Positions 25,524-34,297 of a DNA stretch of 36,988 bases are shown here, piece after piece. How positions within the stretch are numbered: position 1 is the first letter of the stretch; every line of letters starts with the position of its first letter. The translations under genes and the position numbers were made by a program. This DNA is from Methanobacteriota archaeon. GTDB taxonomy: Archaea > Hadarchaeota > Hadarchaeia > Hadarchaeales > Hadarchaeaceae. The stretch is taken from positions 1-36,988 of the forward strand of contig JBDRCL010000137.1 in assembly GCA_043821745.1 (NCBI GenBank). The letters run 5' to 3'. Under the pieces are notes generated by a model. That model did not search any database and was not told the origin of the DNA. It was given only the letters and a program-made list of their open reading frames with translations.

Positions 25524-25688
25524 ATGGCATACCGGAGAAAGAAAAAAGAAATCAAGCCCCACATTATTTTAGGGGATCGCGGCGAGTCAGAAGAACACCT
25601 TGCGTTGAGGAAGAAATATACTTCATTAACTTGGAAAAATGCTGAGGAGAAGAGAAAAATATTGAAGAAATTGGGAGAGACCGAATAA
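25524..25688 (+). CDS. small basic protein, 54 aa (hypothetical)
   Basis: It is below the ORF-track length cutoff. The ATG at 25524 lies 8 nt after GAGGT. The product is MAYRRKKKEIKPHIILGDRGESEEHLALRKKYTSLTWKNAEEKRKILKKLGETE. The stop is followed within 5 nt by a T7 tract. Confidence 0.3.
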   Translation: MAYRRKKKEIKPHIILGDRGESEEHLALRKKYTSLTWKNAEEKRKILKKLGETE

Positions 25689-25692
25689 AAGA

Positions 25693-25699
25693 TTTTTTT
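25693..25699. terminator. oligo-T tract between convergent small genes
   Basis: AAAAGATTTTTTTGAAAA carries a T7 run on the plus strand and T4 runs on the minus strand. It sits between the stops at 25688 (+) and 25720 (-). Archaeal termination typically uses oligo-T. Confidence 0.35.
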
Positions 25700-25719
25700 G
25701 AAAATCCCTCAGTCAGCCT

Positions 25720-25926
25720 CTATCGCTTTTTATAGTACTCGATGAAACTTTTCAAGGAACGATTGTAAGTTCGCTCTATCTCCGGCGGGAAGAGACAGGC
25801 CGGCAGCTCCTTCATTTCCCAGTGGTGCTTGATGCATTCGCAGCATATGCCTCGCCTCGGGCAGGATTCGTATGTGCAATTGCAACTCGCTTTGTTACCC
25901 TCCAACGCGCAGATTCGTTTGCTCAT
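25720..25926 (-). CDS. Cys-rich mini-protein, 68 aa (resembles the conserved DUF6485-type 'cytoplasmic protein' family)
   Basis: The product is MSKRICALEGNKASCNCTYESCPRRGICCECIKHHWEMKELPACLFPPEIERTYNRSLKSFIEYYKKR, with 8 Cys and 2 His in 45 residues. The upstream 82 aa of track ORF 25720..26172 overlap the divergent gene region and are rejected. Confidence 0.6.
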   Translation of the reverse strand: MSKRICALEGNKASCNCTYESCPRRGICCECIKHHWEMKELPACLFPPEIERTYNRSLKSFIEYYKKR

Positions 25927-26016
25927 GGCCCTCACAAGAAATATTTTCCATAGGTTAAAAACCTTATATCGCAGACCCATCACAAAACTTAAATTTTTGA
26001 GAGTCGAAAAGTTACT

Positions 26017-26283
26017 ATGCGCTTGTTTGGCGTCACTTGCACAGTCGGGACTGGCGAAAGCGAGGTAAAGGGAAAGACGGTCGGCGAGATTATTGAGAAC
26101 CTCTGTATTCTGAAGGGTTCGGAATTCAAAAAATCCATCTACAAAAAGGGCACACGTAAGATTTCCAATCAATACATCATACTCGTCAACAGTGAAATGG
26201 TCGATATCAAGAGCGGATTGGACAGGAAGGTCAAAAAGGGCGACATGGTCTCGATAATGCCCGACATGGGCCCCTGCTGTTGA
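26017..26283 (+). CDS. MoaD/ThiS-like beta-grasp (ubiquitin-like) protein with a non-canonical C-terminus ...PDMGPCC
   Basis: The 88-aa product follows the family pattern: RLFG......G..E.EV.GKTVGEIIENL...........YIILVN.E.V....GLDRKVKKGDMVSIMP. It ends in GPCC-stop rather than GG. Confidence 0.55.
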   Translation: MRLFGVTCTVGTGESEVKGKTVGEIIENLCILKGSEFKKSIYKKGTRKISNQYIILVNSEMVDIKSGLDRKVKKGDMVSIMPDMGPCC

Positions 26284-26385
26284 ATTCTATGCAGAAAACC
26301 ACGGCATAGCGCTCTTGGCTGCACCTACGAGATTTGGATCTGGGTAACAAGGTAAAATTTTATTTTTCCCAAATTATTCGCAGAT

Positions 26386-27456
26386 TTATTCATAATGGGT
26401 CAGCGGTTCGTAGCCATTGGATTTCACCAGAACTGTGTCCTCCCAACGCGCCCCACCGACCTTAGGGACGTAGATGCCAGGCTCGACCGTGATGACCATG
26501 TCCTTGCGCAAGATATCCTCGGAAGACGGAGCTAGGCTTGGAGCCTCGTGAATTTCCAACCCCACGCCGTGTCCTGATCCGTGGTTGAAGAACTTTGAGT
26601 ATCCAGCTCGCGCAATAAAATTTCGAGCAGCAGCGTCCACGGCTTTAGCTTGAACTCCATCCTTGACCTTAGCGAGGGCCGCTTCCTGTGCTCGCCTCAC
26701 TATCTGAAGGACCCTCGACTGTTTGGGCGTAGGTGAGAGCCCGAAAGTTCGCGTCATGTCGGAAGCGTAGCCCTTGAAGGTCGCGCCCAGATCCACCACT
26801 ATAAGTTCTCCGCGCCTCAATTTCTTGCGAGACGCAGACGAGTGCGGAAGCCAAGAGTTACCGCCTGACGCCACGATGATTTGAAATGGCGTGCCCTCCG
26901 ATTCAGCTCTTCGCATTTTATATTCGACTTCCGCAGCTATCTCAAGCTCAGTCATGCCCACCTGGATTAATTCCGCGGCGCGGTTCATCCCCAACACAGC
27001 CATCTCGGCAGACTTTCGAAGTAGGACGAGCTCCTTAGCGGATTTTATCTTCCGTAGGTCTTGTGTTATCTCAGGCACCGCTCTGTAACTAGCCGCGTGT
27101 GCATTCCGAACTTTCCTGATAAAATTTTTCTCAGCTTTATCGTAACCAATGGAACGAGCGTCAAGAATATCAAGAACTTCGGTAACGAGCTGCCAGAGTT
27201 CGAGGAAGAAAACACGTTCCCCGCGCTGCAGCGGCGCTTTCCAGCTCGAGAAAGCCCTTATGTCTTTTATCCAGCTCTCCCGTTTCGCCCGTTCAAGCTC
27301 AAGCCTGCTGCATATGAGTATGGGTTCTCCATCTCGCGGGACAATCACGGCCTTTCCGGAGTCTGTGTCAGCCAGGTACCGTGTGTTTTGAAGTGAAAGG
27401 AAAACGTCGAGCCCTCGTTTGTCAAGCTCCCCTTTAATCGTTTTTATTTTCTCCAC
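26386..27456 (-). CDS. M24B-family Xaa-Pro peptidase (prolidase/aminopeptidase P)
   Basis: Metal-ligand motifs are present: VVDLGATFKGYASDMTRT, GHGSGHGVGLEIHE, VITVEPG and EDTV. Length is 356 aa. Confidence 0.9.
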   Translation of the reverse strand: MEKIKTIKGELDKRGLDVFLSLQNTRYLADTDSGKAVIVPRDGEPILICSRLELERAKRESWIKDIRAFSSWKAPLQRGERVFFLELWQLVTEVLDILDARSIGYDKAEKNFIRKVRNAHAASYRAVPEITQDLRKIKSAKELVLLRKSAEMAVLGMNRAAELIQVGMTELEIAAEVEYKMRRAESEGTPFQIIVASGGNSWLPHSSASRKKLRRGELIVVDLGATFKGYASDMTRTFGLSPTPKQSRVLQIVRRAQEAALAKVKDGVQAKAVDAAARNFIARAGYSKFFNHGSGHGVGLEIHEAPSLAPSSEDILRKDMVITVEPGIYVPKVGGARWEDTVLVKSNGYEPLTHYE

Positions 27457-27553
27457 ACTGAACCCACCACAGCTTGGGGTGCCGAATAAAAATATGCGAC
27501 GGTTGTCCTCAAAAAGCTTTGATATTTATTTAACGCGATAATCTTTATTAGGG

Positions 27554-28102
27554 ATGTGGTTGAAAACGGCGTTAATCATTATTGATATGATAAAGGATTT
27601 CGTGACAGGAAAACTTGGTTTCACAGGGGCTGTGGAAATAGTGCCAAACATCCAGCGCCTTCTCGCCGCGGCTAGGGCCAGCCGTGTTCCAGTGGTCTAT
27701 GTTTGTGATTCACATTCGTTTGATGACCCCGAGATTCGCGTCTGGGGAAAGCACGCTATGGCAGGCACCGAAGGCTCTCAGGTGATATCCGATCTTGGGC
27801 CGAAGAAGGGCGAGCCGGTGGTCAAAAAGAAGACCTACACTATTTTTTACGGTGTCGAACCAAAGGGCCTTCTCAAGAAGTCGGGTGTAAAGGAGCTCGT
27901 GCTGACAGGGGTGGTGACCGATATCTGTATACAGAATTCCGCGGCTGGGGCTTTCTTCAACGGTTACCGTGTAGTGGTGCCCGAAGACTGCGTGGCGTCT
28001 CCCGACGAGAAGGCCAACAAGTATTCCCTAGACTATATGAAAAGAGTCTACGGTGCGAAAATAACAAATTCAAGGGAGATAATAAGGAGTTGGAAAAAAT
28101 GA
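27554..28102 (+). CDS. pncA: nicotinamidase (isochorismatase family)
   Basis: It shows ALIIIDMIKDF (catalytic Asp), CDSH, KKKTY (Lys) and LTGVVTDICI (catalytic Cys). It overlaps the following NAPRTase gene. Confidence 0.85.
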   Translation: MWLKTALIIIDMIKDFVTGKLGFTGAVEIVPNIQRLLAAARASRVPVVYVCDSHSFDDPEIRVWGKHAMAGTEGSQVISDLGPKKGEPVVKKKTYTIFYGVEPKGLLKKSGVKELVLTGVVTDICIQNSAAGAFFNGYRVVVPEDCVASPDEKANKYSLDYMKRVYGAKITNSREIIRSWKK

Positions 28103-29295
28103 GAATTTTCAACGTTGCTTCGGACGAGGAAATCAAGAGCGGGGGCACCACTGACATTTACTTCGTAAGGACAAAGAAGGTCCTGAGGGCAAAGGGCTTG
28201 GAAAAGGCCAAAGTTGTGGCAGAGGTCACGATCAACGGTCTCCCGGAGAACTGGCCGTGGGGAGTCCTCTGCGGTCTAGATGAGTTGGCCAAGCTTTTCG
28301 AGGGATGCCCTGTTAATGTGTATGCCATGCCGGAGGGGACAATTTTCCGAACGCAAGACCACTACGGGAATAAAATCCCGGTGGCTGCCATAGATGGCCC
28401 GTATGTAGAATTCTGCGAGCTCGAAACACCGCTCTTGGGCTTTATCTGCCAAGCATCAGGGATTGCGACGATGGCCGCAAGGTTGAGGAAGCTGGCGTGG
28501 AATAAGTTGCTTGTCGCATTCGGCATAAGGCGTGCGCACCCGGCAATTTCCGTGATGATAGACAGGGCTTCCTACATAGGCGGCTTCGACGGCGTCTCCA
28601 GCCTTTCCGGAGCGAAGAAGATAGGAAAGGAGCCGATTGGCACGATGCCGCACGCGCTGATGGTGATATTCGGTGATCAGGTTAAGGCTTGGAAGGCTTT
28701 TGACGAGGTGATACCGCTCGACGTGAACAGAGTAGCACTAGTGGACACCTACTTCGACGAGAAGGCCGAGTCGATAATGGCGTCTGATGCCTTGGGTAAA
28801 AACCTCTGGGGAGTTAGACTGGACACTCCCGGCTCCAGGAGGGGGAACTTTGCGGAGATAATCCGGGAGGTCAGGTGGGAGCTTGACATCCGAGGGCACA
28901 AGCACGTGAAGATAATCGTCTCCGGGGGGATAAATGACAAGAGCATAGCTGGGCTCGTCAAGGCAGGGGTCGACGGATTTGGTATAGGAACTGCTTTGAG
29001 CAATGCTCCAACTATAGATTTCGCGATGGACATAGTCGAGATGAATGGCAAGCCTGTGGCTAAGAGGGGTAAGCTCGGCGGACGAAAACAGGTCTGGAGA
29101 TGTCAACGTTGTTTGGCGGACGTAGTCCTGCCAGCGAAAACACCCGCCCCCAAGTGTCCGGCCTGTGGCGGGAAGACGTCAGCGCTGCTCGTCCCGTTGA
29201 TAAAAGGCGGAAAAATCGCCTCAAGACCGGCATCGGTAGATAAGATAAGGGCTTATGTCTTGGCGCAGCTAAAGAAGATTCCAGCGGTGAACTAA
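28090..29295 (+). CDS. pncB: nicotinate phosphoribosyltransferase, archaeal type with a C-terminal Zn knuckle
   Basis: The N-terminus is RIFNVASDEEIKSGGTTDIYFVRT. The barrel shows GTMPHALM and RLDTPGSRRG. The C-terminus carries CQRC...CPACGG. This architecture matches the Thermoplasma-type NAPRTase. Confidence 0.85.
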   Translation: MEKMRIFNVASDEEIKSGGTTDIYFVRTKKVLRAKGLEKAKVVAEVTINGLPENWPWGVLCGLDELAKLFEGCPVNVYAMPEGTIFRTQDHYGNKIPVAAIDGPYVEFCELETPLLGFICQASGIATMAARLRKLAWNKLLVAFGIRRAHPAISVMIDRASYIGGFDGVSSLSGAKKIGKEPIGTMPHALMVIFGDQVKAWKAFDEVIPLDVNRVALVDTYFDEKAESIMASDALGKNLWGVRLDTPGSRRGNFAEIIREVRWELDIRGHKHVKIIVSGGINDKSIAGLVKAGVDGFGIGTALSNAPTIDFAMDIVEMNGKPVAKRGKLGGRKQVWRCQRCLADVVLPAKTPAPKCPACGGKTSALLVPLIKGGKIASRPASVDKIRAYVLAQLKKIPAVN

Positions 29296-30102
29296 ATGGG
29301 AAAACAGGAGTATTCGAGAAAGCAGCTTCCGAAGGCGAAAAGGATAGTCGTGAAGATAGGCACGAACAGCATCACGGATGAGAATTCCAGACTCGACCCT
29401 GAGAAGGTCGGGAAGTTCGTGTCTGACGTGATGAGCCTGCGTACGCGTGGAAAGGAAGTGATAGTAGTCTCGTCTGGGGCGATAGGGGCTGGCGTTGGGC
29501 ACCTGAACCTCGATTGCAGGCCGAAAGAGATCTCCGCGCTTCAGGCTACCGCCGCGGTCGGTCAGAGCACGCTGATGCAAGTCTATTCGAGGTACTTCGG
29601 CGAGTACCAACAGCCGGTTGCTCAGATCCTGCTGACGGCTGAGGACTTTAGAGATCCCAAGCGTTACAAGAACTTCAAGGACATGCTTTCGACCCTAATG
29701 AGGTGGAGAGTGGTCCCGATAGTCAACGAGAACGACAGCGTCGCTTCGGAGGAGATAAAAGTGGGCGACAACGACATCCTTTCGGCTCATGTTTCAATAG
29801 GTGCAGGCGCAGACCTACTCGTGATATTATCTGATGTTGAAGGTCTTTACGTGGGGTATGCGAAAAAGGGCAATCGCGGCAAGCTCATCAAAACTGTTAA
29901 GAGGACGACCGATGTGGAGCGTCACGTTAGCAAATCCTCGCGCGGCTTCGGAGGAATGTGCTCTAAAATCGAGGCTGCCAAGATGGTGACTGAGAAGGGA
30001 ATACCGACAGTGGTAGCGGGCAGCAGTGAGGGGAGGGTCCTCGACCGCATAATCGAAGGCAAGGAAATCGGGACACTTTTTCTGCCGGAGAGGAAAAAAT
30101 GA
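29296..30102 (+). CDS. proB: glutamate 5-kinase (no PUA domain)
   Basis: It shows RIVVKIGTNSIT, VSSGAIGAG, NENDSV and GDNDILSA. Length is 268 aa. The stop of pncB abuts its ATG (TAAATG). Confidence 0.92.
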   Translation: MGKQEYSRKQLPKAKRIVVKIGTNSITDENSRLDPEKVGKFVSDVMSLRTRGKEVIVVSSGAIGAGVGHLNLDCRPKEISALQATAAVGQSTLMQVYSRYFGEYQQPVAQILLTAEDFRDPKRYKNFKDMLSTLMRWRVVPIVNENDSVASEEIKVGDNDILSAHVSIGAGADLLVILSDVEGLYVGYAKKGNRGKLIKTVKRTTDVERHVSKSSRGFGGMCSKIEAAKMVTEKGIPTVVAGSSEGRVLDRIIEGKEIGTLFLPERKK

Positions 30103-31430
30103 GTGAGGTCGTTCAAAAGGTCTTGGCTGCCAGAAAAGCGGCGCTCAAGCTCGCCAACGTAAAGACTGAAGTCAAGAACTCTGCGCTTTTGAGAATAGCT
30201 TCGGCAATATCAAAAAATAGTAAGGTGCTGCTGGCGGCCAATTCCAAGGATTTGAAGGTCGCCGAGGGACTGTTGGAGAAGGGTAAGATATCAAACGCTT
30301 TTTTCCAGAGGCTCAAGTTGACCGACGACAAGCTCCGCAACATCTCGGAGATGATAAGGAGCGTCACGAAGCTTGAGGACCCTGTCGGCAAGACGCTCTA
30401 CGCCGTGGAACTTGACGGGGGATTGGATCTTTACAAGGTTTCCTGTCCGATTGGGGCCATAGGTGCGATATTCGAGGCCAGGCCAGATGTCCTGCCGCAG
30501 ATATCTGCACTATGCCTGAAGTCGGGCAATGCGGTGATTCTAAAAGGCGGAAAGGAAGCGAAGTTTTCGAACGAGGCCTTTTTTGAGATAATCCGCAGGA
30601 CAAGTGAGGGAGCCGGTATCCCTGTCGGCTGGATACAGCTCATCGAGGCGAGGAGGGAAGTCAAGGAGCTCCTGAAGATGGATGACTCGATTGACCTGCT
30701 CGTCCCGCGCGGGAGCAATGAGTTCGTGAGGTACATACAGGCGAACACGAACATCCCGGTTCTGGGCCACGCCGAGGGGTTGTGCCACATATATGTCGAC
30801 GTCGAAGCTGACATCCCGAAGGCGGTGAAGATATGCCACGACGCAAAGGTCCAATATCCGGCGGTATGCAACGCGGTGGAGACAATACTCGTGCACAAAG
30901 CCATCGCGGAACAGTTCTTGGAGCCAATGGGCGAACGCTATCAGATGGCCGGTGTGGAGGTCAGGGGTGACTTAAGGACGAGGAAGGTCCTGCCTTGGGC
31001 TAAACGCGCCACCGAGAAGGACTGGCGCACCGAATACTTGGACCTAATAATATCGATAAAGGTGGTCGGCAGCATTCAGGAGGCAATAGACCACATAAAC
31101 ACTTACGGGTCGAAGCACACGGACACGATAATAACTGAAGACAGAAAGGCCGCCCTTCACTTTTTATCGGAAGTGGATTCGTCAAGCGTCATGCTAAATA
31201 CTTCCACAAGATTCAGTGACGGGTACAGATACGGCCTCGGGGCGGAGGTCGGCATCTCGACTGGGAAGGTGCACGCTCGCGGACCGGTCGGACTTGAGGG
31301 TCTGACTACCGCAAAGTACTACTTGCTCGGAGATGGGCACATCGTGACAGATTATCTGGGCCCGAAGGCTAAGCCTTTTACACACCGCCAGTTGAAAAAG
31401 AGATGGCTCGATGTAAGGCGAGCGCTGTAA
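30099..31430 (+). CDS. proA: gamma-glutamyl phosphate reductase
   Basis: It has an aldehyde dehydrogenase fold with the catalytic-Cys region VCNAVETILVH, plus GSKHTD and STRF.DG..YGLGAEVGIST. It overlaps proB by 4 nt. Confidence 0.95.
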   Translation: MSEVVQKVLAARKAALKLANVKTEVKNSALLRIASAISKNSKVLLAANSKDLKVAEGLLEKGKISNAFFQRLKLTDDKLRNISEMIRSVTKLEDPVGKTLYAVELDGGLDLYKVSCPIGAIGAIFEARPDVLPQISALCLKSGNAVILKGGKEAKFSNEAFFEIIRRTSEGAGIPVGWIQLIEARREVKELLKMDDSIDLLVPRGSNEFVRYIQANTNIPVLGHAEGLCHIYVDVEADIPKAVKICHDAKVQYPAVCNAVETILVHKAIAEQFLEPMGERYQMAGVEVRGDLRTRKVLPWAKRATEKDWRTEYLDLIISIKVVGSIQEAIDHINTYGSKHTDTIITEDRKAALHFLSEVDSSSVMLNTSTRFSDGYRYGLGAEVGISTGKVHARGPVGLEGLTTAKYYLLGDGHIVTDYLGPKAKPFTHRQLKKRWLDVRRAL

Positions 31431-31443
31431 AAATGGTGGTAAC

Positions 31444-31929
31444 TTGAAATTCAGGAAAGTAGTCGTCGGTGGAACATTCGACTATCTGCACAACGGGCAC
31501 ATCGCCATAATCTCGAAGGCGTACGAGGCGGGTGAGCGCGTCTCTCTGGGGATATGTTCGGACGAGATGCAGCAATTACTGATGAAGGACTCGGCGGGCA
31601 TCCAGCCGATTGCGATCAGAATGTGGAGACTTTTGAACGAATTGCAAAACAGGGGTTGGCTGGGCAGAACAGAGATAAATATAATATCGGACCCGTTTGG
31701 CACGGCGGTGACTGACAGAGGGATTGACGCGATAGTCGTCAGCCCGGAGACTAGAGCGCGTGCTGAGGAGATAAACAAGGTCAGGGTTTCTAAAGGATTC
31801 AATGCTCTGGAGATTGTGGAGGTTCCGTTTGTGCTCGCGGAGGACGGAAAGCCCCTATCATCGATAAAAATCCGCTACGGCGAGACCAACCTGCACGGCA
31901 AAAAGCTGAATCATTCGAGGATACAATAG
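31444..31929 (+). CDS. coaD: archaeal phosphopantetheine adenylyltransferase (cytidylyltransferase-like)
   Basis: It shows KVVVGGTFDYLHNGHIAIISKA (an HxGH nucleotidyltransferase motif). Length is 161 aa. The start codon is TTG. Confidence 0.85.
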   Translation: MKFRKVVVGGTFDYLHNGHIAIISKAYEAGERVSLGICSDEMQQLLMKDSAGIQPIAIRMWRLLNELQNRGWLGRTEINIISDPFGTAVTDRGIDAIVVSPETRARAEEINKVRVSKGFNALEIVEVPFVLAEDGKPLSSIKIRYGETNLHGKKLNHSRIQ

Positions 31930-32003
31930 CTGTTAAGACCTAGATTTAAATTGCGGACAGAATAAAGTTTAAGCGCGAGCGAATCGTGTTTTAAGGTGAA
32001 CTC

Positions 32004-33212
32004 ATGCATCCATCAAAAGATATCCAAGGCACGAGGGGCGCTGAGCTGGAAGGCCGGAAGATCGTTCTGTGCATCACGGGCAGTGTTGCCGCCGTAAAGT
32101 GCCCAGAGCTCGCTAGAGAGCTAATGCGCCACGGGGCCGAGGTGCGCGTATGCATGTCCCAGCGCGCGATGGAGCTCATAACACCTGATTTGATGCAATG
32201 GGCAACAGGGAACGATGTGGTGATTAAACTCACGGGCAAGATTGAACACGTGGAGTTGGCGGGCTGGGCTGACTTAGTTTTAGTTGCTCCTGCGACCGCG
32301 AACACAATCAGCAAGGTAGCTTGGGCGGTGGACGACACTCCGGTGACTTCGGTGGTTTCGGTCGCTCTTGGTTTGAAAAAACCAGTAGTCATAGTACCGG
32401 CAATGCATGGCTCTATGTTTGATCACAAACTTTTCCAGGAAAATCTGGACAGGCTCCGCTCGGGAAGAGTGCATATTCTCGGGCCGAGGGTTGAGGAGGG
32501 AAAGGCGAAGATAGCGCATATCGAGGAAGTCTTGCAGTTTGTTACGGAAATATTGGGACCTCGCGATATGACAGGCATGCGGGTTCTGGTTACGGCAGGT
32601 CCGACAGTAGAGCCGATAGACCCGATTAAGATTATCACTAACAAGAGTTCAGGGAAAATGGGATTGGCCGTGGCACGGGCTGCGGCTTCGAAGGGGGCTG
32701 AAGTAGTCTTGATTTATGGCCCCGGCACCGAGGTGCCCCCTTCCAACTTAAAAACCGTGCGCGTTCAGACGACAAAAGAGATGCGAGAAGCTTTCGTGAG
32801 TGAGCTGAAATCACGACCGGACATCATAGTGTCGGCCGCGGCCCCGCAGGACTTCGTCGTGGAGCGACCATCGGGGCAGAAGCTGAGGCACACGGAGCCA
32901 CTGGCGCTCAAACTGGTTCCCGCCCCACGAGTGCTCTCGGGTGTGCGGGAGCTGGCGCAGAATGCATTTGTCGTGGGGTTCAAGGCAGAGCACGGTGTGG
33001 ATGATGAGGAGCTCAAGAGGGCTGCAAAGTCAAAGCTCGACGAGGGGCTTGACATGGTGGTCGCCAACGATGTGGGTAGGCCCGGGGCAGGGTTTGGCAC
33101 GGATACAAATGAGGTTCTAATCTTGACAAAATCCAGCTCTAAGATTATGCGCGCTACAAAGGCAGAGATTGCGAGGGCAATCTTGGATGTGGCAGTGGCA
33201 AGCCTCCGCTGA
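32004..33212 (+). CDS. coaBC: bifunctional phosphopantothenoylcysteine decarboxylase / phosphopantothenate-cysteine ligase
   Basis: The N-terminal flavoprotein half shows IVLCITGSVAAVK and PATANTISK. The C-terminal ligase half shows VTAGPT.EPIDP...ITN.SSGKMG and AAAPQDF. Confidence 0.93.
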   Translation: MHPSKDIQGTRGAELEGRKIVLCITGSVAAVKCPELARELMRHGAEVRVCMSQRAMELITPDLMQWATGNDVVIKLTGKIEHVELAGWADLVLVAPATANTISKVAWAVDDTPVTSVVSVALGLKKPVVIVPAMHGSMFDHKLFQENLDRLRSGRVHILGPRVEEGKAKIAHIEEVLQFVTEILGPRDMTGMRVLVTAGPTVEPIDPIKIITNKSSGKMGLAVARAAASKGAEVVLIYGPGTEVPPSNLKTVRVQTTKEMREAFVSELKSRPDIIVSAAAPQDFVVERPSGQKLRHTEPLALKLVPAPRVLSGVRELAQNAFVVGFKAEHGVDDEELKRAAKSKLDEGLDMVVANDVGRPGAGFGTDTNEVLILTKSSSKIMRATKAEIARAILDVAVASLR

Positions 33213-33223
33213 AATCTTAGCAG

Positions 33224-34192
33224 GTGATCTCGCTGGCTGTTTTAAAGGCTTTGAAATCAAAAGGCCCGCCGTTTAGCGCATCGGTCTTTGTCCCAGCCCA
33301 CATCTCCGGATTTTTCCAACCTTGTGATGCCGACACCCCGGAGCGAACAGGTTCACGGAACTGCGGCCCATGTTTGGACCTTGGAGTTTTGACCGAGGTT
33401 AAGGTTGAGAAATCCGACCGAGAAAGCACAAAAGTGTTGATAGATGGGAAGCGTGTGCCTGGGGCCAAGACGACCTTGGCGGTAGTGAAACAAATACTGA
33501 GTATGGCGCGCGGGTCTTTCAAGGTGAAGGTTAACCATTTTTGTCAAGTACCGATCGGTGCGGGATATGGAGCGAGCGGGGCCGGAGCCCTTGGAACGGC
33601 GTTGGCCCTGTCAAAAGTGCTGGGGCTTCGCATGCCGCGGCAAAAGCTTGTCGCAGCAGCGCACGTGGCCGAAGTAATTTGCTACACGGGTCTTGGTGAT
33701 GTTGGCGCGCAGGCGTTCGGGGGGCTCGTGATAGGGCTTGATCCTGGAGCGCCGCCCTACGGTAGGTGGAGTAGGATAAAATTACCCACCGGCGTTAAGG
33801 TGGTATGTGCCACCTTGGGGCCGATTGCGTCCAAGGATTTATTGAGCGACGCCGAGTTTAGGATACGCGCGAGCGGGCTCGGTAGAGCGGCCTTAGATGA
33901 AATCCTAGAGCAACCGGACCTTCCGAGGTTCGTTTCTACCTCCAAGGATTTCGCGAAAAAGCTCGGTCTTCTGGACGAAGAGCTTCGAGAACTTGTAGAG
34001 GCCGCGGAGAAGGCCGGGGCCATCGGTGCCAGCCAAGCTATGATAGGTCGCACGGTGTTCGCCTTTGTAGTTGATAAAAAAGTTAACGCCGTCAAGAAAG
34101 TTTTTCTAGAGGTGCTTGAACCATCTTCCGTCTTGGTAGCGAAGACTTACGATAAGCGAGCAAATTTTTCGGTTGAACTCCATGCAAAATAA
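33224..34192 (+). CDS. pantoate kinase (GHMP kinase family, archaeal CoA pathway)
   Basis: It shows FVPAHISGFF near the N-terminus and the GHMP motif PIGAGYGASGAGALGTALAL. It lies next to coaBC and PPAT. The start is GTG and is uncertain. Confidence 0.75.
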   Translation: MISLAVLKALKSKGPPFSASVFVPAHISGFFQPCDADTPERTGSRNCGPCLDLGVLTEVKVEKSDRESTKVLIDGKRVPGAKTTLAVVKQILSMARGSFKVKVNHFCQVPIGAGYGASGAGALGTALALSKVLGLRMPRQKLVAAAHVAEVICYTGLGDVGAQAFGGLVIGLDPGAPPYGRWSRIKLPTGVKVVCATLGPIASKDLLSDAEFRIRASGLGRAALDEILEQPDLPRFVSTSKDFAKKLGLLDEELRELVEAAEKAGAIGASQAMIGRTVFAFVVDKKVNAVKKVFLEVLEPSSVLVAKTYDKRANFSVELHAK

Positions 34193-34297
34193 AACTTGAA
34201 TTTCACTTCAGCTTCTGTTTCAGGCAAATCTCTTTCTTCAACTTTCACTGCAGTTCTTTCAATTCGTTATTTAGCTCCATCAACATAAAATTTTGCA

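Noticed and set aside
25927-26172. The upstream 82 aa of track ORF 25720..26172.
   Set aside because: It overlaps the start of the divergent beta-grasp gene and would erase the shared promoter region. The recognisable Cys-rich domain begins at the internal Met (25926).
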